From NCBI RefSeq assembly GCF_000143415.4, contig NW_003314269.1:1371544-1435543 (forward strand): a stretch of DNA of 64,000 nt. The letters run 5' to 3'. The position numbers were made by a program, and so were the translations under genes. The stretch comes from Selaginella moellendorffii (taxonomy: Eukaryota; Plantae; Lycopodiophyta). The stretch's first letter is position 1. Each line of letters starts with the position of its first letter. The notes below the pieces were generated by a model. It did no database searches, had not been told where the DNA came from, and saw only the letters and a program-made list of their open reading frames with translations. Of this stretch, positions 11,112-20,174 are shown piece by piece.

Positions 11112-11251
11112 TGTGGTATTATGAAACGGTGTTGTGTTATTATTATGACGGTTGATACATGGTTAAATGTATGGGTTTATCGTGACGATCCGTGGCGGCG
11201 TCTGGATCGCTCACGTGGCTGTGTGCTGACGTGGTCTTGTTCACTCCCACA
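11112..11251 (-). repeat. Copia 5' LTR (140 bp)
   Basis: Identical to 6449-6588. Confidence 0.97.
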
Positions 11252-11607
11252 GACGCCATGGCCAAGAGGGGCTGCGCTCCAGATGTTGCGTGCTACGGCA
11301 CCATCGTCGCGGCTTTTTGCAAGCAGGGACGGATCGATGAGGCGTTTGAGCTGCTCGAGAGGATGCCGTTCGCCGGTGACAAAGTCATGCTTAGGACACT
11401 TGTGAGAGCGCTGTGCAAGCTTCAGCTGCGGTCTTTCTCTGAGCAAATCAGCTGCGACGAAATATAGAAGCAGGTTCCTGAGATCTTGACCAAACGAATC
11501 TTGCAGCAAACTTTGATCTAGAGTTAAAATTATTTTTAAAATAAATAGTAATACTAACTATTGCTATTTTTGGTGAGTATATTAACTTTTTTATGCAACT
11601 TCACATA

Positions 11608-12663
11608 TTATCCACACTTCTGTTTCTTCCTAGTTGATTCATGGATCTCATCTTCATTTTCTCGGGGATCTGTGCCTGCGGACTGGTTCTGACGACCAGA
11701 CTCCGGCATCAGCTCAGGCCGGGATTGAAAATAACTAAGTCGCACAATGATGACTGTCATGTTGTCTCTAGAAGATGAATGCTTACCATCAGAAGTAAGA
11801 CAACTTTCAGCCAAGTCTCTGCAAATGCCCGACAAGCTCACTGCCCCATCTTTCAACTGCTTAGCAACAAACTTTACTACATCATCACTAGATCTCGATC
11901 CCCAAATGCCATCACTTGCCAGTACAATAAACTCATCATCTTCAATATCCACCTCTGTTATCTCAGGGGAGGCAATAACCACCTGCATTTCTGTTGGGAG
12001 CTGAGTGTTCATCTTATAATCTAAGTCCCCAATGGCCCTGGAGACTCCCAAACCCATTGAATCCAGACTAGAGCTGTAGACACGCCCCTCTTTTACGTAG
12101 CCCCCAGCTCCCTCTACTCGAGATTTTTCACAACCAACATTCCCACAGTGGTCCCTGGATAGCTCCACAGCTTTACCTTGTCTGTAAAGCACACATCTAC
12201 AATCTCCTGTGTTTGCTACCACCAGCTTCCCCTCGTTGATCACCACAACAAGTGATGTGCTTCCCTGATGCTTCAAATCTTCATCTTGTTTCGACTTGTT
12301 CAGCAACAACTCGTCCATCCTCATGAAGGTTTCAGCTAAACATGTTGAGAAGTCTTTGCCAGTATCTGCTCTAGTTTGTAGGAGCTCGATGTGCAAGCGT
12401 TGTGCACAAAAACTGGAGACTTTGCTGCCCCGGTGTCCATCATACACCCCGAGGATGAGATCCTTGTTGTCCACGCATACTGCAAAGCTATCTTCCATGT
12501 AGTCTGGCCAACCCTGAATTGAGCATGCACCCCACCTCAACTTATCCAGACTCCCATCTGTGCTGCATCCTTCAGTATGTGCTCTTACTACCTTGCTAGC
12601 TGGTTCTTGAAATTCACTTGTGTCCATGTCGCCATAGCCAAGCATAATCACCGTAGCTGCCAT
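11608..12663 (-). CDS. Intronless PP2C/PPM Ser/Thr phosphatase, 351 aa, divergent clade-I (PPM1G)-like
   Basis: Motifs QGWPDYMED, GVYDGHRG, VANTGDCR, LSRDH, SRAIGD, LASDGIW, DNMTVI. Telo-box-like AAACCCTA lies just upstream (12721-12740). Confidence 0.92.
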   Translation of the reverse strand: MAATVIMLGYGDMDTSEFQEPASKVVRAHTEGCSTDGSLDKLRWGACSIQGWPDYMEDSFAVCVDNKDLILGVYDGHRGSKVSSFCAQRLHIELLQTRADTGKDFSTCLAETFMRMDELLLNKSKQDEDLKHQGSTSLVVVINEGKLVVANTGDCRCVLYRQGKAVELSRDHCGNVGCEKSRVEGAGGYVKEGRVYSSSLDSMGLGVSRAIGDLDYKMNTQLPTEMQVVIASPEITEVDIEDDEFIVLASDGIWGSRSSDDVVKFVAKQLKDGAVSLSGICRDLAESCLTSDGKHSSSRDNMTVIIVRLSYFQSRPELMPESGRQNQSAGTDPRENEDEIHESTRKKQKCG

Positions 12664-13561
12664 CCTAAGACAAAGTTTCCCCTGCTGGAAGGAATGGGAA
12701 GCTCTTGGCTGCCTCGTCTGAAACCCTACTTTAACCCTAAGGGAGAGGATAAGAAATTGACACTGTTTTAGTCAAACAGCCATTTTAGTTCTTCCAATTT
12801 AGGAAGCTCTGTACTTTTTCCAGCATATTCAGCTTAGCTTCCCGCTTGATCAATAGTGTCGGGTTATCTCTGGTCTGTTCAACGCACCAGTGCCTGGACA
12901 TATTCTTGCGACTCTGACTTTTGTTGCAACCTGTGTTCTCCTGATAGAAGCTGCAATGGAAGGGATGGCAGCTAACGTTGTTTCCCCGTCCGTATCATCG
13001 TTGCTTCGGCGTCCCCATTATACCATGTAGTTCCAAGGTATTTTTGCAGATCGGGTTCGGCTGTTGTGTGCAAATGATATGCATCCGTCACTGCCAAGAT
13101 CGTTCCATGCTTCTCGAGCTGTGAATGGTTCTGGCTTGAAATCTGCACCACCCCGGCATTTCTATCATATTCAAGTCCTCTAACAGTGTCCAGTGTATGC
13201 TCAACACTCTTGACGACACTCGTGACGAGATCGGCGCGAGCCCGAGTCTCTTTTTCAGAACCTGGTTCGTTCCTGCGGGTGTTGTTGAGCCTGAGCCTTT
13301 CACCCCCAACGTTCGCAATTACATATTGTGCCCGTTCTTTTTCTAGAACTCTATGATCTCACGATTCCTGTTTAACCAGGTTCCAGAGATGGATTTCTTC
13401 ATTTTTCCACTTTATGCCGGACCAGTCTATGCTCCTGTAACATCTACATTCAAAATTAAACCGAAACATCTGCCGTAACTTCAGAAAACAACAGAGGCTT
13501 TATAAAAGTTCCGGAAGCCAAGTTCTCATACAAAACAGGAGAGAGTCGTATGTAAGTCGTC

Positions 13562-13740
13562 CTAAATTACATGTAAGTCGTCCAGTAAGTCATTCACACC
13601 TGCATACAACAAAATATTCACCGTCAGCAATCAAGCAAAAGCACCAGATTGCTAAATTACACGTACGTCATCCAGTAAGCGATTCACACCTGCATACAAC
13701 AAATATTCACCGTCAGCAATCAGGCAAAAGCACCAGATTG
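13562..13740. repeat. Tandem duplication of a ~90-bp unit in the kinase 3' region
   Basis: ctaaattac...gcaccagattg at 13562-13651 and 13652-13740. Confidence 0.9.
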
Positions 13741-13763
13741 TAGATCAAGCAAGACTCACCTGC

Positions 13764-15301
13764 CTAGCTACACAGCCTACGAGCCTTTTTTCGGCTGGGC
13801 TCCTCATCATCAGCTCCAAACCTTGCTCTCTTTCGGCTAGAATCATCAGCTCCAGACCCTGCCCTCTTTCGGCTGGGTTCCACATCATCAGCAGCTCCAT
13901 ACCCTTTTAGCATGTGCAAAGCCTTCTGCGGTGAGAGTCGTGAAGCATCATCAAAGCGAAGCATGCCACCAATGGTAGTAACGATGTCAGCACCAATCCT
14001 GTAACCGCCAAGAAGTTATTGTTTCAGCTTCCAAGCCTCTAACGGTACCTCTCGGTTGCACAGCTCTCGAAACGTTTTATGCGGCCTTCCCCACAAAGAT
14101 CCTCAAACTTCACTGTCCTCAACTCTTCAAGAAGTCCGAGATGCCCTTCCCGAAAGTCTACACAGATGTTCAGAAGTCCCTGCAGCCTACATAATCCAGT
14201 CAGTTTCAGTAAGCAAGAAGGCAATTATCATTTGCTCTTACCTTTCAAGATAATTCCTGGACTCACTCATCAGCTTGATTCGCTTGAGAAGAATCTTTTG
14301 CTTTGACGTTGTCTCCTGACAATCCAATGCTCCATGCATTTCAAGGAAGACAATTCCAGCGCTCCACATATCAAATGCGCCTGTAATTCGAGACATACTC
14401 CTCAATTCTTTCCAGGCTTGCGGAGGTGCATATTTTTGAGTTTCTTCATCACTGGAAAAATGGAAATAACAATAACACAATCAGTAAACATAACAGATCT
14501 TTACATTAACTTATCTTACCTGCTATGCGAAAGCATCTCCCTCCCCGAATCCACTGCGCTTCCAAAATCAATCAGTCTAAGTTCACCCTGCGAAGACAAA
14601 ACAATATTCTCCGGCTTTAGATCTCTGTGGACAACTCCGTGTCGCTCTAGAACTTGGAGTGCCTCCAAGAGCTGGGTCATTATACTCATCTTGTCGTCCA
14701 CCGTCTTCCTCGTCACAATGCCTTGGTCAGACACATACATAGCCTTATAAAGGGAAACACCCTCGTATCTGAACACGATTAGCCTCTTGCCTTCTGCGTC
14801 ATGACCAGATGTGATGTACCTGCAATAAAAAATGAGCTAAATGTTTGATTCAAACAAGTATATTACCTACCTGGCGATGTGCTCTTGGTCCTTTAGTTTG
14901 ATTCCGAAACGAATTTCTTTCTGCCATTCTGCTTCATCCCACACTTCTTTGATGACGTATTGCTCCCGATCTTCTGGATCACAATTCTTCTGAGCGAGCC
15001 AGACCTCTCCAAAGCCACCTCTACCAATCTGTTTGCTGCGAGCAAAATCTTTGACCAGCTCGTGCTCTAGCTGCATTGCATCTGTCCACGAAGGACCATC
15101 ACGGAGAACAGAGATCTTGTCGTAGCAGATCCCATCAAGACAAACACAAAGCTTCGGGCGGCAAACACATTGCTCAGCATCGGGACTGCGAACCACACCC
15201 TTGGACGCAAGAAGCATCACAGCGATGGTACCTATCACAGACAGCAAGGCGAGCAGCTTCGTGGAGTACAGTGGAAAAACCGCACCCTGCGAGCGCCCCA
15301 T
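13764..15301 (-). CDS. Five-exon divergent Ser/Thr protein kinase with N-terminal hydrophobic anchor and C-terminal basic repeats
   Basis: GRGGFGEVW, YVIK, HRDLKPEN, IDFGSA, EETQKYAPP, FDMWSAG, and RLSPQKAL lie in successive ORFs joined by GT-AG introns. The motif set recalls the At3g63330-type kinase (from memory). Confidence 0.85.
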
Positions 15302-15485
15302 CTCCACCCCCGCGCCTTCGTGCGACACCCTACATAAACCCTATGCTGCATGAAAAACAGCATATCCCAACCGAATATTTCAACGGTCATGTTTTAGGGT
15401 TCTTAGCCGGGTCAACGCCCAGACATGTTAAACGAGTTAAGATGGAGTTGGCGACAAGAAAATCAACACTACATGTTGCTCTTCT

Positions 15486-16025
15486 GAGTGCTCTATATGT
15501 TTTTTATGGGATATTTGATTCCTGCAGCAAAGTTCTGGGAAGCGGATGCACGTTTGAAATCTCTCCAGGCTTGACCATTGCAAGTAAGTTTCGTTTTGTG
15601 TTGTATCCCGTCGCAGCTGATTTTCTTGGAGAAAGACCGCACCTGAAGCCTGCACAGCGCTCTTACAAGCGTTCTAAACATGACTTTATCACAGCATCCT
15701 CTCGAGCAGCTCAAACGCCTCATCGATCCGTCCCTGCTTGCAAAAAGCGCGATGATGGTGCCGTAGCGCACATCTGGAGCGTAGCTCCTCTTGGCCATTG
15801 TGTTGAGCAGAAGCATGGCTCTCCCCAGCTTCATCTGGGTCATTCCACGATCTTCAGTGACTTGTTTCTAAACCAAGCACGAAATGTACCCTGCCACATC
15901 ACATATAACCCGTCCATTCAAAATGCAAAAGTGCTTGGTGTCACAATAAGCACTCAAGATTGTGGAATGACCCATCTTCAAGCAGAGGCTGTGAATGAGA
16001 ACCCGGTTCGCGTGAGCCTGGTATA
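15486..16025. pseudogene. Chimeric relic: last intron/exon of the PGM-like gene (+) joined to a decayed PPR 3' fragment (-)
   Basis: 15486-15581 matches 30820-30942. 15597-16025 is the reverse complement of the PPR 3' end (HSLCLKM...MAKRSYAPDV...KVMFRTLVRALC). Confidence 0.8.
15837..15973. mobile_element. 137-bp MITE-like TIR element with 4-bp TSD ATCT
   Basis: Imperfect ~23-27 bp TIRs (GGGTCATTCCACGATCTTCAGTG / rc GGGTCATTCCACAATCTTGAGTG). ATCT at 15833-15836 and 15974-15977. The intact PPR copies show the empty site (ccATCTtcaagc on the minus strand). Confidence 0.85.
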
Positions 16026-16126
16026 TTCTTATTAATAGCTCATTTTATGCATGTAGATTGATTCTTAACAAGGACTAAACTAAAGTTAATAGTTCTTAAT
16101 CTAATAGCTTTAGTCCTATAAAACTA

Positions 16127-19100
16127 CTTGCAAACAGTATTAATTTTTCTAAAGGGTCCAATAGTTTAACAAACACTGACCTGGTTTATCCAGTTAGATT
16201 GGCTAAAGAGATGAGCTATTGAGGCCATTGAGATTTAATCAGTTACAAAAAAAATTCCATTCCATTAGTTTGTAAACTCTTTTAATCAGTTACAGTGGTT
16301 TTTTCCATTCTAAGTCATGTTTCTTAATTTTCGAACTCTTTTCCATTTCTGATTCCTAGGAGCAGTCAACATTGACTACCATAGGGCTGTAGCCACCTTA
16401 GAGCTCACAAATACCAGCACAATCCTGGAAGAGGTGGAAGAAATTGAAAATCACAGAAGTTGACAATATATAAGAGTCTATATGCAATTACATACCTTTA
16501 CCTATAGAGATAAATTCAAGTTTGTCAAAAAGGCTAGCAAAGGGTGAAGTAGAGGTCCTCAATGCTATAGATGCTGGGATATTCAGGATGTCTCTAGGTT
16601 GTGGCATTGCAGGCTTGATGGTCATTGCAGCTGAATTATGTGGTGCAAACCCATCAAGTTTCTTCTCTGATTTTTTCATCATCATAAAAAAATGGATTGC
16701 TGGCTCCTCTTTTGGCCATTGGGTTTTTATGTGAAGTCTCACAAAGTATGCAAATGTTGTGATATGAGGTAATGACTGTGTCAGAAAACTCAGGAAGTTT
16801 CTTAGATGGCTTAAAAGGAAGAAGAGTGATTCCTATGCAACTAGGGATCAACAAAGAGATTGTGAGTTGTGAGCAGGTTTTGTCACGAAGTTATGTTGGT
16901 CTTTGCCAAACTACTTAGCATTAGCTGGACAAATTACTAGTTATTAATAAAATAATAATAATAAAAATATTAACCACTTTACTTTTATAAGGTGCCAAAT
17001 ACTTGAATTTAACAGCACATTTCCCAAAGCCCTAAAATCGCTAGACGAGCATGGAGAATGTGGAGCAATGGCCAGGTGAGAGCAAATGTGGCCAAATTTG
17101 GGGTAAGGATTCTTCATGGCAGTGCCAAGGATTCAATCCTTCCAGCGATGACGAACCTCTCCACCGAGGCCACGGCCATTCTCGAATGCCTGGCTTCCCC
17201 CGAGCTCCTCGCCAAGAAATCCATGCCCGTCAATTATCGAGTCTACAACGAGGTAGTCTTGGCGCTCCACGACTCGGACAAGGCGCTCGCATTCTTCGAC
17301 TGGATCACTTCGGGGCAGTCGCGATTCAAGCACACGGGCTACACGATCAGGCTCATGACCGAGACCATGAACAGGATGAACAGGCGTGAGGAATCCAAGG
17401 CCCTGTTCCAGCTGTGGAAGAAACAGGCATTCCCAGCTCTCGCTGTGAAGTATAGCGAACGGGGGAATCTCCGAGCGACCATCGAGCTTCTCAAGGACAT
17501 GGCCGAGAATGGATCGACGCTGTCCATCCAGGATCTAAATGGCTGCTTGCGAGGACTTTGCAAGGCCGGCAACGTAGATGGTGCTCTAGAGTTTTTTAGA
17601 GAAGCCAAGAACTCATTCTCCTTGCGAGCCAGTGTCTCTACGTACTCGATTCTCGTCGCTGCGCTCACGGCTGCCAAGAGGAACAACGACGTCTACGAGA
17701 TCCTACGAGAAGTGAGAGGAACCGAAGTCAAGCTCGACTTGGTTCTTCGCATCTCTCGGGTTCTCGACGAAGATCTCGACAGGGCACTGGAAAGTTTCAA
17801 GGAGTTGTCCGAGGAGGAATGCGTGGAGGCCGGTGGTGCCGAGTGTTTTCGCAGTCTAGTCCAAGGGTTGTATCAGTCGGATAGAATCGACGAGGCCTGT
17901 GGCTTGGCTCTCAAGCTCGGCTGCGAGTCCGAGGACGTGAACTCGCTGGTTGAAAGTCTTTTGGATCGCGGTCGGGTGGATCGAGCTCGCGAGCTGATTC
18001 TAGCAATGGCACTCAGGCATGGCTCGTCCTCCGTGAGGCTCCACACTTGCAACAGCTTTCTCAGCGCTGTTTGCAAGAATCCTAGAAACACAGCCGAGGC
18101 TCTCGAGCTGCTGGAGCAGATGGAGAGCGTCGGGCTCGAGGCGGACAAAGACACGTACAGCCTAATCATCCATAGCCTGTGCAAGTCCGGGATGGTGGAC
18201 AAGGCGAAAGTGCTGGTGGAGCGTATGATCTCGAGAAACTGCGTTCCAGATGCCAGGATTTACGATCCAGTGATCGAGGAGCTCAGCAAAACTGGACGAG
18301 TGGACGAGGCCGTGGAGATTGCCAAGGAAGCAGACGCGAAGCATTGCACTAGCGTCGTCACTTACAACAGCCTTGTTCTGGGATTTCTCAAGGCAAGGAG
18401 ACTCAAGCGGGGCATCAAAGTGTTCACGAGGATGGCGAGAACAGGGCCTTCGCCGGACATCTACACGTATAACATCCTCTTCGAAGGCTTGAGCCGGCAC
18501 GGGCTGTGGAGATTTGCGTACAAGCTGCTACCACGGATGAACCAAGATGGTGTTCTTCCCGACGCCGTAACTTTCAACTCGCTGATCAATGGGCTTGTAG
18601 AAGACAACCGGTACCACCGCGCTGTTACACTGATCCAGGAGATGGTATCCAGAGGCTGTGATCCCAATGCTATCACTTACACGATTCTTCTCAAGTGGCT
18701 CGCCAGGAATGCCAGGGCCGACGAGTGTGTGGAGCTCTTCCAGAGGTTGCTCGACCGGAAGCTAGCTCCCAACGTTTACACTTACAACACTGTGATGAGC
18801 GCTCTTTGCAAGGCCGGGAGACTCGACCAGGCTCACAGGCTCTTCGGGGTGATGCTCGCGAGTGACTGTACTCCTCCCAACGCGATCACGTACCGGGCTC
18901 TCATTCACGGCCTCTGCTTGAAGATGGAGCTGGAAAGAGCCGTGCTTCTGCTCGACGCCATGGCCAAGAGAGACTGCGCTCCAGATGTTGCGTGCTATGG
19001 CACCATCGTCGCGGCTTTTTGCAAGCAGGGACGGATCGATGAGGCGTTTGAGCTGCTCGAGAGGATGCCGTTCGCCGGTGACAAAGTCATGTTTAGGACA

Positions 19101-19219
19101 CTTGTGAGAGCGCTGTGCAAGCTTCAGCTGCGGTCTTTCTCTGAGCAAATCAGCTGCGACGAAATATAGAAGCAGGTTCCTGAGATCTTGACCAAACGAA
19201 TCTTGCAGCAAACTTTGAT
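16127..19219 (+). repeat. Direct segmental duplicate of 3643-11517 (excluding the Copia)
   Basis: Homology runs from cttgcaaacagtatt to ...gcaaactttgat in both copies. Confidence 0.92.
17058..19169 (+). CDS. P-class pentatricopeptide repeat protein, 703 aa, intronless
   Basis: Tandem 35-aa repeats (TYSLIIHSLCKSGMVDKA, TYNTVMSALCKAGRLDQA, CYGTIVAAFCKQGRIDEA). No E/DYW domain seen. Confidence 0.95.
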   Translation: MWSNGQVRANVAKFGVRILHGSAKDSILPAMTNLSTEATAILECLASPELLAKKSMPVNYRVYNEVVLALHDSDKALAFFDWITSGQSRFKHTGYTIRLMTETMNRMNRREESKALFQLWKKQAFPALAVKYSERGNLRATIELLKDMAENGSTLSIQDLNGCLRGLCKAGNVDGALEFFREAKNSFSLRASVSTYSILVAALTAAKRNNDVYEILREVRGTEVKLDLVLRISRVLDEDLDRALESFKELSEEECVEAGGAECFRSLVQGLYQSDRIDEACGLALKLGCESEDVNSLVESLLDRGRVDRARELILAMALRHGSSSVRLHTCNSFLSAVCKNPRNTAEALELLEQMESVGLEADKDTYSLIIHSLCKSGMVDKAKVLVERMISRNCVPDARIYDPVIEELSKTGRVDEAVEIAKEADAKHCTSVVTYNSLVLGFLKARRLKRGIKVFTRMARTGPSPDIYTYNILFEGLSRHGLWRFAYKLLPRMNQDGVLPDAVTFNSLINGLVEDNRYHRAVTLIQEMVSRGCDPNAITYTILLKWLARNARADECVELFQRLLDRKLAPNVYTYNTVMSALCKAGRLDQAHRLFGVMLASDCTPPNAITYRALIHGLCLKMELERAVLLLDAMAKRDCAPDVACYGTIVAAFCKQGRIDEAFELLERMPFAGDKVMFRTLVRALCKLQLRSFSEQISCDEI

Positions 19220-19492
19220 ATGGAAAAAACTCACTTGGATCTCCATGGTACGTAGCTCACAATCCGCATACCGGCAAAAGGACCATTGAGCAAAGTGGAA
19301 GTTAAGCAGCCGGTTTACTGCCACTCAAAGAGGTTTGATTTTCAACAGGTCCCATTGATATTAAATTATTTTGCATTTGCTTACATTTTAGATGGATAAT
19401 TTATTGCTAATAACTCTTAGTTTTAGTAGTATTATTCATAAACACAAAATTAATCTTAAACCATTAAATAGGAAAATTTTATAAATTATAAG

Positions 19493-19660
19493 TGTGAGGG
19501 CCAAGTGTACGGCTACGATGCTATATATTAATATTACCGTAGTGGGATTTTGGTAGCTGTCAGATTAATTTTAATTTGGACCACTCGCTCCTATATATAA
19601 ATTAAGGTTTTTGGGTTAATTAATATGCACATTTTTGTATTCCTATTCCAGGCACTCACA
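19493..19660 (+). mobile_element. Solo LTR of the Gypsy family at 23245-28254, 4-bp TSD TAAG
   Basis: tgtgagggcc...gcactcaca flanked by TAAG (19489-19492, 19661-19664). The paralogous site near 29577 is empty. Confidence 0.93.
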
Positions 19661-19802
19661 TAAGCATATTTATAAATTATAAATCCAAAATAATTTTACA
19701 ATCAAAACATCCCCATCCAAACTAAGATCCCCTTTAAAATAAAAGACAAAAGTTTAATTTGGATCTCGCGCCAAAAAGGGTTTAGGGTTCTTGAGAGGAA
19801 AG

Positions 19803-20174
19803 ATGGAGCCCAAGACGCTGCGATTGCTGCGTCATGGCGAGGCGTTCCACAACGTCGAGGGGGAGATCTTGCTCCAGATTGGGAGCGCGTGGAAGGTACT
19901 GTTTGACGGGCGGTGGAGGCGCCTGAGGATCAGCCACATCGTTAGGGCGTTGCGCTGCGTGTGGAATCTCATGTTCTGTAGCATTTTGCTCCAATCTTCT
20001 AAAGTCACTACTAGCTCTAACAAGCCGACTACTAGTTACTACGAGCACACTGATGCAAGCCTAACGTCCACTGGCTGGCAGCAAGTAAGTCAAATCTCTC
20101 TCGATCTCCTCTGATTTTTTTCTTTCTGCCAGGCTGAGCAGCTTGGCAAGGAACTTGAGAGTTCTGGAGTGAGA
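19803..20174 (+). pseudogene. Truncated duplicate of the phosphoglycerate-mutase-like gene (first 2.5 exons)
   Basis: Near-identical to 29701-30072, then an abrupt switch into the inverted block. Upstream ~19208-19800 matches ~29277-29700. Confidence 0.9.

Larger units (their letters stand above)
6449..11251 (-). mobile_element. Full-length, very recent Ty1/Copia LTR retrotransposon (4.8 kb)
   Basis: Two identical 140-bp TG...CA LTRs, 5-bp TSD GACGC (6444-6448 / 11252-11256), PBS, PPT and an intact gag-pol ORF with integrase before RT. Confidence 0.98.
4548..11467 (+). pseudogene. P-class PPR gene copy 1, interrupted by a Copia element at 6449-11251
   Basis: ~99% identical to 17058-19169. 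The ORF runs into the LTR and stops at 6461; the remaining coding sequence (DAMAKRGCAPDV...SCDEI*) resumes at 11252 with the GACGC TSD. Confidence 0.93.

Noticed and set aside
13562-13740. Repeats here and at 47757-47990 as a possible CRISPR-like array
   Set aside because: Two-unit tandem duplications without unique spacers, in a eukaryotic context with no cas genes.
15076-16035. 319-aa plus-strand ORF
   Set aside because: It crosses the antisense of the kinase first exon, a PGM relic, an antisense PPR relic and a MITE; a chance open frame with no motifs.
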